This document shows, in pieces, positions 9,853 through 21,011 of a stretch of DNA of 64,000 nucleotides; position 1 is the stretch's first letter; every line of letters starts with the position of its first letter. The position numbers were made by a program, and so were the translations under genes. The notes under the pieces are model-generated. The model was not told the DNA's origin and searched no databases. It saw only the letters and a list, made by a program, of their open reading frames with translations. This stretch comes from an uncultured Alphaproteobacteria bacterium. GTDB taxonomy: Bacteria; Pseudomonadota; Alphaproteobacteria; Sphingomonadales; Sphingomonadaceae. The DNA lies in NCBI GenBank assembly GCA_963761775.1, contig CAVXIF010000011.1, forward strand, positions 405,215 through 469,214. Direction: 5' to 3'.

Positions 9853-11212
9853 ATGACCGCGCACGATCATTCGCAATTCGCCACGGCGACGACGGACCGG
9901 CCACCGCCGAGCGATGTTTCGCCGTGGGTCGGACTGGTCGGACTGGCCGGGCTGTTTGCGTGGATCGCGTTCTGCCGCAACTATCCCGCTATCGCCATGG
10001 CACTGGACTTGTCCGGCCCGCGCGAAGTGATGTCCGGCCCCTACGCCTCGCTGGTCGCGCTGCTGTGTGCCGCACTACCGATGGTGGCGTGGTCGGTGTT
10101 GGTGGACAAGGTCCATCGCAATCCGTCTACCGGCATTGCCTGGGGCGAGGGACGGGCGTGGGGCGCGGACTGGCGCACCTCCGCTCACCAAGATCATCGG
10201 GCTCTGGGCGACTTTCGCGGTGATCGCGGCGCTCTACTGCATAGCCCGCTGGTACTGGGGCGGAGCGTATCTGTTCGCCATGAAGGTATTGAGCGCGGCC
10301 ATCATTCCGATCGCCATCGCCACGGTGCCCTATGTGCTGTGGATCGACCGCTACATGAAGCAGCCGCGCGATGCGGCGTGGCACTTCGGCGCCCTGCTGA
10401 CGCGGCAATCGGGGTGGGAGCGCGACACCATTGCCAAGCACTGGCGCGCGTGGATCATCAAGGGCTTCTTCACCGCCTTCATGCTGTCGATTATTCCGGG
10501 CGGTTTCGCTTTCATCGTCGAGCATGACCTCGCCGATATCGCCTCCAACCCGGTAGTACTGGCGGCGCTGTGTATCGAGCTATTGTTCGTGATCGACGTA
10601 CAGATCGGCACGGTCGGCTATCTGCTGACCATGCGCCCGCTGGACGCGCATATCCGCAGCGGCAACCCGTTATTGGCGGGCTGGATCGCGGCGCTGGCCT
10701 GTTACCCGCCGCTGGCATGGGGCATCATGGGCGATAACGGCATTTTCAACTACCATGTGAACACGCGCGGCTGGGATATCTGGCTGGCGGACAGCACGAT
10801 TGCGCTGACGTTCTGGGGCGCGATGCTGGTGGCGCTGACGGCGATATATGCCTGGGCGACGGTGGCGTTCGGCATCCGCTTTTCGAACCTGACCTATCGC
10901 GGCGTCATCACAAACGGACCGTATCGGTTCACACGTCATCCGGCCTATCTGAGCAAGAACCTGTTCTGGTGGTGCGCGACGATGCCGTTCTTCGTGGTCG
11001 GCGCATCGCCGGTGGATGCCATTCGCAACACTGCGTTTCTGGCCTGTATCAGTGCACTATATTACTGGCGCGCGCGAACGGAAGAGGCACATCTGCTCGC
11101 CGAGGATCCGAAATACCGCGCGTATTACGACTGGATGGCGCGACACGGCGTCATCACGTCGCGGATCGAGCGGGTGGCGCGGAAGTTTAGGCCCAAACCG
11201 GTTTCTGCCTAA
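9853..11212 (+). pseudogene. Multi-pass membrane protein with C-terminal ICMT/PEMT-like methyltransferase domain, frameshifted near 10165-10185
   Basis: The hydrophobic N-terminal part sits in frame 1 (ORF 9775-10527). The remainder is in ORF 10067-11212, ending with GVITNGPYRFTRHPAYLSKNLFWW (RHPxY motif of isoprenylcysteine carboxyl methyltransferase-like enzymes). Confidence 0.65.
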
Positions 11213-11229
11213 AGTTTCAAAGCGCCGTT

Positions 11230-12602
11230 TTAAAAACTATATTTATAAACTCGATTGATGTCACCGCCCCATTCGCCGTGATATTTATCCAGCAACCGCT
11301 GGGCGGGCACCTTGCCGCTGGCCACAATCTCGTCCAGCGTTTCCAGGAAACCCGTTTCGTTGTCGCCGCTGGCATTCAGGCGCGCGCGTGACACCAAACC
11401 GGCGCGGGCGATGAACAGCACCTCGCGCGCCAGTTCCTGCAAGCGCCGCCCACCCGGTATTTTCGCGTCCAGCCCCTCGGCAGGGACGGTGTTGCGAAGC
11501 GCCTCGCGCTCTTCCATCGTCCAGTCCTTGACCAGGTCCCACGCCGCATCGAGCGCGCCCTGATCGTAGAGCAGGCCGACCCAGAAGGCGGGCAGCGCGC
11601 AGATACGGCTCCACGGCCCGCCATCGGCCCCGCGCATCTCCAGGAAGCTCTTGAGACGCACTTCGGGGAAGGCGGTGGACAGGTGATCCCACCAATCGCC
11701 TTCGCGCGGCTTCTCGCCCGGTAGGACCGCGAGCTCGCCGCGCAAAAAGTCGCGGAAGCTGTGTCCGGCGGCGTCGATATATTTCCCGTCGCGGAATACG
11801 AAATACATCGGCACATCGAGCATGTAATCGACCCAGCGTTCATAGCCGAAGCCGTCTTCGAACACGAAGGGCAGCATCCCGGTGCGATGCGGGTCGGTGT
11901 CCGACCAGATATGGCTTCGATACGAAAGGTAACCGTTCGGCTTGCCTTCGGTGAAGGGCGAATTGGCGAACAGCGCGGTAGCCAGCGGCTGCAAGGCGAG
12001 GCCGGTGCGGAACTTCTTCACCATGTCCGCTTCGCTGGAATAATCGAGGTTCACCTGGATGGTGCAGGTCCGCAGCATCATGTCCAGACCGAGCGATCCG
12101 ACACGTCGGCATATGCGACAGCATGACGTCATAGCGTCCCTTCGGCATGATCGGCAGCTCCGCGCGGCGTCTTGTCGGGCCACATGCCGAGGCCGAGAAA
12201 ACCGACGCCGTGTTCCTCGCCAATGGCCTTGACCTGGGCAAGATGGCGGCCGGTTTCGGCGCAGGTTTCATGCAGGTTTTCCAGCGGCGCACCGCTCAGT
12301 TCGAGCTGTCCGGCAGGCTCCAGCGACACCGTGCCGTCGTCTCCCGCCATTGCGATGACCTTGCCGCCTTCCTCCACTGGATGCCAGCCGAATTGTTGCA
12401 AATTCAGCAGGATATCACGGATGCCTGAGGGTTCGTCGTAAGATGGCGCCGCGAAGTCATGACGTCGATACACGAGCTTTTCGTGCTCGGTGCCAATACG
12501 CCATGACGTCACCGGCTTCTCGCCGCCTTGCAGCGGTGCGATCAGCTGGCTGCGATCTTCTATTATCGGTTCGTCGGGCGCGGAGGCGTTGCGTGTGCTC
12601 AT
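11230..12602 (-). pseudogene. gshA: Glutamate--cysteine ligase, plant/alphaproteobacterial type (GCS2), two frame breaks (~12165 and ~12105)
   Basis: N-terminal part [30 protein letters not shown], a short middle piece [18 protein letters not shown] in a second frame, and a C-terminal part [24 protein letters not shown]...[27 protein letters not shown] in a third. Confidence 0.85.
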
Positions 12603-12645
12603 GTCTCCAAACGGTAAACACCGCGTTACCGTGTGGGAAGCGTCT

Positions 12646-13403
12646 TTACCTGTCGTCAACCCAATCGCCGCTTGCCGCCATCCACAGTGCGAGTGACGCC
12701 ATGACGGCGGTTTCGGCGCGCAATATGCGCGGGCCGAGCGATATGGCGTGCGCATTGGGGTGGTTTTCGAGCGCCTCCCGTTCAATCGGATCGAAGCCGC
12801 CTTCGGGTCCGGTAACGATGGCAGCGGGGCCAGTATGGTTACCGAAAGTTTGCATGGCGTTCGCGCCACCATCTTCGTCCGCGTAGAAGAGCTGCTCGTT
12901 CTGCAGGCCAGTCGCGCAGGCTTTCGGCCAGCGTCGCGGGACTTTGCAGAACGGGCAACGCGGTGCGCGCGCATTGCTCGGCCGCTTCGATTACAAGCTG
13001 GCGCGCGCGGGCCCCGTTCAGACTGTCGGCCACGCAACGTCGCAAGACAAGCGGCCGGATTTCCGCAACGCCGAGTTCGGTGGCTTTTTCCAGCACGAGG
13101 TCGAAGCGGTCCTTTTTCAGCAATGCGGGGAGGAGCCACAGGTCCGGCGGCGTGTCGCGCGGCCGCAGGCGTTCGGCGGCGGTCCAGCGTGAGGCGTCGC
13201 TTTTCTGTCGAGATGACGGTCGCTGCCCATTCGCCAGTGATGTCGTCGCACAGGATCACGGTGTCGCCTGTTTTTACCCGCATGACACGCAGCAGGTAAT
13301 GCGCTTGTTGGCCGTCGAGGGTAATGGTGTCGCCAGTCGCAATGCGGTCGGGGACGAACAGGCGCGGGGCGCTCCGTGGTGGCCAGGCGGGGGTGGCGGG
13401 CAT
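12646..13403 (-). pseudogene. rsmE: 16S rRNA (uracil1498-N3)-methyltransferase RsmE, two frame breaks (~13170 and ~12903)
   Basis: Three fragments: PRLFVPDRIATGDTITLDGQQAHYLLRVMRVKTGD (frame a), LLPALLKKDRFDLVLEKATELGV (frame b) and IVTGPEGGFDPIEREAL...ISLGPRILRAETA (frame c). Confidence 0.8.
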
Positions 13404-13446
13404 GGGTGGCGTATAGGTGAAGGGCGCGGTGGCGTCATCCTTCGTG

Positions 13447-13510
13447 GTCTTGATCCGTTTGCGTCATTCTCAGTCCTTGTCATGCTGAAACGAGTTCAGG
13501 ATGACGGGGA
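13447..13510. repeat. Small GTCATCC/GGATGAC-type palindromic intergenic element
   Basis: gcgtcatcc..gcgtcattctcagtccttGTCATGCTGAAacgagTTCAGGATGACgg. The imperfect inverted repeat lies between the divergent rsmE and ubiA genes. Confidence 0.5.
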
Positions 13511-13571
13511 CTGAGCGGTGTATGCCGTCGCTATATGAACGCGCCATCTCCGGAACCCGTCACCACACATC

Positions 13572-14466
13572 GTGCCAGACAGCGAGCATCGCGGCCTCGT
13601 TGCGCGTCTGCCGCAGCCTGCGCGTGATCTGGCGCTGCTGGCGCGGTTCGACCGGCCTATCGGGTGGTGGTTGCTGTTCTGGCCGTGCGTATGGGCACTG
13701 TGGCTGGCGGGGCGCGGGTTCCAGTGGGAGCTGGTTGGCTGGCTGCTGCTCGGCAGCATCGCCATGCGCGGCGCAGGGTGCGTGTATAACGATATCGTCG
13801 ATGCCGATCTGGACCGGCAAGTGAGCCCGCACCGCCAGCCGCCCTGTTGCCAGCGGTCGCATCGCCAAACGCACCGCGTGGCTGTGGCTGGGCGCGCTGT
13901 GCCTGGTCGGCCTGGTCGTGTTGCTGCAATTACGGTGGGAGGCGCAGCTTGTCGCATCGGGCAGCCTGCTGCTGGTCGCCGCCTATCCCTTCATGAAGCG
14001 CATAACGTGGTGGCCGCAGCTGTGGCTGGGGCTGGTGTTCGGCTGGGGCGTGCCGGTGGCGTGGCTGGCGATGCGCGGCGACCGGTTCGAGGTGATGGCG
14101 GCGCTGTATGCAGGTGCGGTGGCGTGGATCGTGGGCTATGATACGATCTATGCCTTGCAGGACCGCGAGGACGATGCGCTGGTCGGCATCCGGTCCAGCG
14201 CGCTGCGGATGGGGCGGCATGTGCAGGGCGGCGTGGCGGCGTGCTACATGCTGGCGATGGCGGGCTGGGCGGGCGCGTTCTGGTTGTGGCGCGGAGACTG
14301 GGTGGCGTTGCTGGCGCTGCTGCCGGTGGCGCTGCATCTGGCATGGCAGGTGGTGACGCTCGATCCCGCCGACGCGGCCAACCCGCTCGACCGGTTCCGC
14401 GCCAATCGCTGGGCCGGGGCGTTGATGGCGGCGGCGTGTTTCGTGGTCGGCAATGCCGGTATGTAA
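13572..14466 (+). pseudogene. ubiA: 4-hydroxybenzoate polyprenyltransferase UbiA, one frame break (~13822)
   Basis: LARFDRPIGWWLLFWP and GAGCVYNDIVDADLDRQV lie in frame 0. RTASRPVASGRI...YDTIYALQDREDDALVGIRSSAL follows in frame +1. An extra base sits within gtgAgcccgcacc. Confidence 0.85.
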
Positions 14467-14492
14467 TGGGCGCGAATGTAAAGGTAGAAGCA

Positions 14493-15117
14493 ATGTGCAA
14501 CCTCTATCGCATGACCAAGAGCGCCGCCGAAGTCGCGCGGCTGTTCAACGTCAAGGATGCGCTGGCGGGCGCGAATATGGGCAGCGAAATCTATCCCGGC
14601 CACCCCGGCGCGGTGATTGCCGAGGGCACGTTGCAGGCGATGGTCTGGGGCCTGCCGCTGCAGATGAAATCGAAAACCGGCAAGCTGCTTAAAGCCCAAG
14701 CCGGTCAACAATGCGCGCACGGACAAGCTCGACAGCTTCTTCTGGCGCAAGAGCTTCGAGACGCGGCGGTGCCTGATCCCGCTGACCGGCTGGGCCGAGG
14801 CGGAGGGCGCGAAGGGGCGATGACGCGCAGCTGGATGCAGGCGGGCAGCGAGGAGCTGTTCGCCTGCGCCGGCGTTTGGCGCGACAGCGAGGAATGGGGG
14901 CGCAGCTATGCGATGGTGATGACCGATGCGGTGGGCGATGCGGCGCAGGTCCATGCGCGAATGCCGGTGATCCTGGAAGGCGATGCGCGCGAGGCGTGGG
15001 TGACTGCGAAACCGGCCGAGGCCATCGCGCTGTGCGTCGGCTATGACGGTGCCCGTCGCCATCGACCGGACGGACCAGCCGTGGTCGGGCGGCGCGGCGC
15101 AGCGGCGGTTGCTGTAA
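14493..15117 (+). pseudogene. SOS response-associated peptidase (SRAP/YedK family), three frame breaks (14691, ~14819, ~15050)
   Basis: Starts MCNLYRM (catalytic Cys2). KPKPVNNARTDKLDSFFWRKSFETRRCLIPLTGWAE is only readable in a shifted frame. The C-terminal PVAIDRTDQPWSGG..LL-stop is in yet another frame. Confidence 0.8.
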
Positions 15118-15183
15118 AATGGCTAATACACGTTAACCGCGCTTCTTATGCACTTCGCGTCGCAGGGGCGCTATTCATGCACA

Positions 15184-15732
15184 ATGAGCTATCGCCGCCT
15201 CCTGACCTGCGCCGCATTCCTCGCGGCCTTTGCCACGGGTGGAGCGGCGCTGGCGGCACCGGGTGATACGCAGACTGTCACGGGCACGACATCCGCGCAG
15301 ATCGCGTCGCCGGTTACGATCACCAATACGGCGGACCTCGCGTTCGGCACGATGATCGCGCCTGCGACCGGTCAGGCGCGGGTGACGATCAACGCCCGCA
15401 ACGGCACGCGCACCGGCAACAACAATACAGTATTCGTGGCGAGCAACGATTTCGCACCTGCCGTGTTCGTCATTACCGCGCCGGCCAATACCAGCATCGC
15501 CATTTCCACGCCCGCCCCGACATTCGAACTGACCGGCCCAGGCGCGCCGATCACGGTGGACCGGCTGCGGCTCAGCTTCAACAATAGCGGGCAGCGCACC
15601 TTGCCGCGCACCTTTGCCATGCCGGGCAGCGGTGCGGCGAACATGCAGATCGGCGGGCGGCTGCGGTTTCGCGCGGGTCAGGCACCGGGGCAGTATAGCG
15701 GCAACTTCACGATTATCGTGACGCACCAGTAG
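15184..15732 (+). CDS. DUF4402-like secreted protein
   Basis: Signal peptide (LLTCAAFLAAFATGGAALAAP), then ITNTADLAFGTM and a C-terminal GQYSGNFTIIVTHQ pattern that I recall for DUF4402 proteins. Confidence 0.55.
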   Translation: MSYRRLLTCAAFLAAFATGGAALAAPGDTQTVTGTTSAQIASPVTITNTADLAFGTMIAPATGQARVTINARNGTRTGNNNTVFVASNDFAPAVFVITAPANTSIAISTPAPTFELTGPGAPITVDRLRLSFNNSGQRTLPRTFAMPGSGAANMQIGGRLRFRAGQAPGQYSGNFTIIVTHQ

Positions 15733-15747
15733 GGCGCGGGCCGGGCT

Positions 15748-16290
15748 TTACTCTTCCGGACCGAGCTCCGGGTCGAGGTCGCGCGGGCGGGTGAACTGCA
15801 CCAGCGTGCCGCACCCTTTTTCCAGCGCGCTCCAGCTGTCGATATCCAGTTCGAACAGGGCGAAGGTGGCGGTCGGATATTTCTGCGCCGCCGCATCGAA
15901 ATCCGCATTCTCGCCAGCGGGGGGGACCAGTGCGAACAGCATTTCCTGCATGCCCGGATTGTGGCCCGCCATCAGCACTGCGTCGTTCGCGTCGTCGCAT
16001 TGCTGCAACTGGTCGAACAGGGTCGCGGTATCGGCAAGGTAGAGCGACTCGATCCAGTCCGGCGCGTGTTTCGGAAGAGCTTCGGCCAGCGTCTCGCGCA
16101 CCCGCTGCGCCGGGCTGGCCAGCACGCGGTCCCAGCCTTGCGACCGCGCTGCCATCGTCTGCGCGATATGCGCGCCGATCAGTGCCGCGCCACGCCGACC
16201 GCGCGCGTTCAGCCCGCGGTCGAAATCGCGCGTGCCCATATCGTCCCACTCGGACTTGGCGTGGCGCAGGAGGCCCAGGGTTTTTTTCAT
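15748..16290 (-). CDS. Histidine phosphatase family protein (SixA-like)
   Basis: LLRHAKSEW (RHG-type motif), ASPAQRVRET and LMAGHNPGMQE, as in SixA/phosphoglycerate-mutase-fold phosphatases. Confidence 0.75.
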   Translation of the reverse strand: MKKTLGLLRHAKSEWDDMGTRDFDRGLNARGRRGAALIGAHIAQTMAARSQGWDRVLASPAQRVRETLAEALPKHAPDWIESLYLADTATLFDQLQQCDDANDAVLMAGHNPGMQEMLFALVPPAGENADFDAAAQKYPTATFALFELDIDSWSALEKGCGTLVQFTRPRDLDPELGPEE

Positions 16291-16303
16291 AGCCGTGTCT
16301 TGC

Positions 16304-19049
16304 TCACGTCAGCGCGGTTTCCTGTGAAGCGGTGTCCGGCGTCGTTCCAACACCCGCCGCGACCCGTTGTAAAGCCTCCTCCAGCGTCAGGCGTATGACA
16401 GGCGTGCCTTCGGGAAAGGCGGAGAGCAGGCGGCTGGGGAAAGCAGCGGACAGCACCACGAAATGCCCGCTGTCTTCGCGCGTGCGGATCAGCCGCCCGA
16501 ACCCCTGCGCCAGCCGCGCGCGGATGATGCGGTCGTCATAGCCCTTCGCGCCGCCCGGCTCGGTCGCGGCGGCAGCGCGGCGGGCGCGGTGCAGGATGCC
16601 CGGCTTGGGCCACGGCACCCCTTCCAGCACGATGCAGCGCAGCGATTCGCCCGGCACATCCACCCCGTCGCGCAGGGCATCGGTGCCGAGCAGGCTGGCT
16701 TTCAGGTCGTCGCGGAAGATATCGACCAGGGTGCCGGTATCGATCGGATCGACATGCTGCGCGTAAAGCGGCAGGCCTGCGCGCGCCAGCCGGTCCGCGA
16801 TGCGGCCATGCACGATGCGCAAGCGCCGGATCGCGGTGAACAGGCCCAGCACGCCGCCGCCCGCCGCCTCGATGAAACCGCGCATAGGCCCCCGCCAATG
16901 CAGGCAGATCGCCGCGCGCGATATCGGTCACGATCAAGACTTCGGCGCGGGCAGCGTAATCGAACGGGCTTTCCGCCTCGCTTGTCTTCGGCGCGAGCGG
17001 GACGTGCGGCGCACCGCTGGCAGCGATGGCGGTCTGCCAGTCCGCGCCCTCCGGCGCGCGGTCAGTCAGCGTCGCGCTGGTCAGCATCACGCCATGCGCT
17101 GGCTCCAGCACCACTTTGGCAAAGGGTTTCATCGGATCGAGCCAGCGGCGGTGGATGCCGACATCGAATTCGCGCGCTTCGTACCGTTCCACCGAAAACC
17201 AGTCGACAAAATCGGGATCGACCGGCCCGCCCAGCCGTCCCAGCAGAGCGATCCAAGCCGCCAGCAGATCGGTGCGCCAGCCGAGCGAATGGCGTGCCCC
17301 CTCGATCCGTGCGCGGCCCGTTGCATCGAGCCAGTCGGGCGCGTCCTCCACCACCGCTTCCAGCCGGACGCCCAACCGGACCAGCGGCGCGCGTATTGCT
17401 TCCAGCGCTTCCGCCGCAAGCTGGCCCTGTTCGACCAGCGGGCCAGGCAGCTGCGCGATCTCGGTCTCGATCCCGTAGCCGCCGTCGCGTCCGCTTTCGT
17501 CGCGCGCAAAGGTCAGGTCGCGCACGCCCGCCAGCAAGGCCTCGACCGGGCCGAAGGGGTCGCCATCGTGCAGGCGTTGCAGCCAGCCGTCCGACGGCAG
17601 CACCGCGCTCGCGTCCAGCGCCTCGGCAATGGCGCGCCCGCCCGCGTCGTCATAGCTGGCGACGTCGGCCAGCCGCGCCGCCAGCCCGCGCCGCCGCCCC
17701 TTGCTGCCGCGTTCCGGCCCCAGCAGCCAGCGCCGCAGTTCGATGGCCTCCTGCCCGCTCAACGCAGCGGCGAAGGTGGAATCGGCAGCGTGGGCGACAT
17801 GATGGCCCTCGTCGAAAATGATGCGCGTCGGGCGATGGCCCATATCGCGCGACCGGGCGGCGTTGATCATCACCAGCGCGTGATTGGCGATGACGAGATC
17901 CGCCTGCGCGCTGGCGCGGGCGGCGCGTTCGATGAAGCATTTGCGGTAGTGCGGGCACCCGGCATAGATGCATTCGCCGCGCTGGTCGGTCAGCGAAGCA
18001 ATGGCGCGGCGACGGAACAGCGTGCCGAGCCAGCCGGGCAAGTCGCCGCCGATCATGTCCCCGTCGCGCGAATAGGCCGCCCAGCGCGCGACCAGTTGCG
18101 CCAGAACGGCGGGCCTACCGCCGAAGCCGCCTTGCAGCGCATCCTCCAGATTGAGCAGGCACAGATAGTTCTCGCGCCCCTTGCGCACCACCACGGGCCG
18201 CGTGCCGTCCTTGCGCCGGTCCGGCCACGCCCGCGCCGCTTCGCTGCGGAGCTGGCGTTGCAGGTTCTTGGTGAAAGTGCTGACCCAGACCGTGCCGCGC
18301 GCGGCGCTGGACCATAGCGAGGCGGGCGCGAGATAGCCCAGCGTCTTGCCGATGCCGGTGCCCGCCTGCGCCAGCAGCATGTGCGGCGTGTCGGTGCGCG
18401 CACGCGGGGCAAAAATGCCGCCGACATCGCGGGCATAGCTGCGCTGCCCCTCGCGGCGTTCGGCATGTTCGCCGGTCAGGTAATCGAGCTGTTCGTCGAT
18501 TTCGGCGGGCTTGATCGCGACCTGCGCGGGTTGCTGGCGTTCGGGCTGTTCCTCCCATTCGGGCAGCTTTGAAAACAGCCAGCGTTCCGCGCGCTCCGGC
18601 TTTTTGACATGCGGCGCACACACCCCCGCCCACGGCCAGCGCAGGCGGCTCAGCGATTGCAGCGTCGACCACGCGCCGTCGCGCTCCGCCCAGTCCTCCG
18701 CCTCGCACCGTTCCAGCAGCACCGCCGCCGCCTGTTGCAGCAGCAGCGGCACGCCATCGTCGGTGCCGGGATCGGGCAGGCCGCACGCCGCCGCCAGCCC
18801 CTTGGGCGTCGGCACGCAGAACCGTGCCGGATGCACGAAGGCGAACAGCTCCAGCAGGTCCAGCCCCGACAGGTCGGGATAGCCCAGCCGCGATGCGACC
18901 AGCGGCGCGTTCAGCAGCAGCACCGGCGTTTCGGATGCCGTAGTTACCGCACTGCCCTTGGACGCGCTCTGCGTTTCCGCATTGGGCGCGCGCAGCCAGA
19001 CACCGGCATGGCTGGCGTGAAGCGCAGGGAGGGGAAGGGCGGCAGGCAC
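16304..19049 (-). pseudogene. DinG-family ATP-dependent DNA helicase, one frame break (~16885-16895); start uncertain
   Basis: Walker A AQAGTGIGKTLGYL, Fe-S Cys cluster region (YLCLLN..CIYAGCPHYRKCF), DEGHH box and VMLTSATL. The C-terminal helicase lobe (GVLGLFTA..GTDALRDGVDVPGESL..V..G.PWPKP) is in ORF 16304-16885. Putative GTG start at 19049 (VPAALPLPALHASHAG). Confidence 0.8.
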
Positions 19050-19363
19050 GGACGCGCGGTATGCGAAGCGCGGAACGGAAAGTAAACATCGCAGGCGTCG
19101 TGCTGGCCGGTGTCCTACACGCCGGGCGCGTGATAGCTGACATGCGCCTCGAGAATTCACCACACCGAATGTTAGCGAGAAAAGATCCGTCCCATGTTCC
19201 CTATCGCGAAAGTTACACCGCAAACATCGGGTAGGGGCGGCAGGTCCGCGGTAGCCGCGACTTTCGCAAGACCGGGTGTGGTGCATAATACAGGGCCAAA
19301 GTGTTCCACGCTGGCGTGCACGACGGTTGCACCGATGCGCCCTATCGGCAAAGGGTCGCGTCC

Positions 19364-21007
19364 ATGAGCATGACCGAACTCGCCGCCGCCGCGCGCGTCT
19401 CCAAGGCCTGGCCTTTCGTGGAGGCGCAGCGTCTGGTGAAACGCTATCCCGATGGCAAGACCGCCAAGGACGGAAGCGCTGCGCCGGTGCTGTTCGAAAC
19501 CGGCTACGGCCCGTCCGGCCTGCCGCATATCGGCACGTTTCAGGAAGTGCTGCGCACCACGCTCGTTCGCCGCGCTTATGAAGCGATCATCGGCGCGAAG
19601 CCCGAAGACGGCACGACGCGGCTCGTGGCGTTCTCTGACGATATGGACGGCTTGCGCAAGGTGCCCGACAACATCGCCGGCGCGCGATGTGCTGGCGGAC
19701 AACCTGCATAAACCGCTGTGCCGCGTGCCGGACCCGACGGGCGAGCATGACAGCTTCGCGCATCGCAACAACGCGATGCTGCGCGCTTTCCTCGACCGGT
19801 TCGGTTTCGACTACGAATTCGTCGCGTCGAGCGACCGTTACCAGTCGGGCGCGTTCGACGATGCGCTGCGCAACGTGCTGCGCCACAATCAGGGCATTCT
19901 CGACATCATGCTGCCGACGCTGCGCGAGGAACGGCGGCAGACCTATTCGCCGATCCTGCCGATCAGCCCGACGCAGCGGCCATGTGCTGCAGGTTCCGGT
20001 CGAGGTGGTCGATGCGGAGGCAGGAACCATCCGGTTTACCGACGCGGACGGCACGGTTGTCGAACAGAGCGCGCTGGGCGGGCAGGCCAAGCTGCAATGG
20101 AAGGTCGACTGGGCGATGCGCTGGTGCGCGCTGGGCGTCGATTACGAGATGTACGGCAAGGATCTGACCGATAGCGGCGTGCAGTCGGGCCGAATCGTCA
20201 AGCTGCTCGGCGGGCGCAAGCCGGAAGGGCTGATCTACGAGCTGTTCCTGGATGCCAATGGCGAGAAGATTTCGAAGTCCAAGGGCAACGGGCTGACCAT
20301 CGAGCAATGGCTGGAATACGGTACGCAGAGCTCGCTCGGCTTCTATATCTTCCCCAATCCCAAAAGCGCCAAGCAGCTGCACGCCGGCGTCATCCCGCGC
20401 GCGGTGGACGATTACTGGCAGTTTCGCGAACGGCTGGCGGAACAGCCGCTGGAGAAGCAGCTCGGCAATCCGGTGTGGCATCTGTCGCGCGCCAATGGCG
20501 GCTTCGACGGGGCGGAAGCGCCGGGGGCGGGGGACAGCCTGCCGGTCGGGTTCGGCCTGCTGCTGAACCTCGCCAGCGTGCTGGGGGCGGAGGCGACCGA
20601 GGCGAATGTGGCGGAGTATCTCGACCGGTTCTACGGCGAAAGCGCGCGCACGCCGGACGTCGCCGACCTGATCCGCGCGGCGGTGAACTACACCCGCGAT
20701 TACATCGTACCGACACTGGAAAAGCGCGCGCCGACCGACGGGGAAGCGGCGGCATTGCGGGCGCTGGACGCGTATCTCGCCTGCGCCCCGGCAGACGCTT
20801 CGGCGGAGGAATTGCAGACGCAGGTGTACGAGATCGGCAAGGACGAGGCGTTCGGGTTCGAGTCCCTGCGCGACTGGTTTCGAGCGTTGTACCAGACCCT
20901 GCTCGGCAGCGACCAGGGGCCGCGCATGGGCAGCTTCATCGCACTTTACGGTATCGACAATTCGCGTCGCCTGATCGCGGAGCGCTCTGGAACGCGGCGA
21001 CGGTTAG
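19364..21007 (+). pseudogene. lysS: Lysine--tRNA ligase, class I, three frame breaks (~19680, ~19972, ~20983)
   Basis: [28 protein letters not shown] (HIGH-like) and KISKSKGNGLTIEQWL (KMSKS-like). Fragments lie in ORFs 19301-19711, 19452-20174 and 19687-21288. The native-looking end IAEALERGDG-stop is at 21005-21007. Confidence 0.85.
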
Positions 21008-21011
21008 CGGT

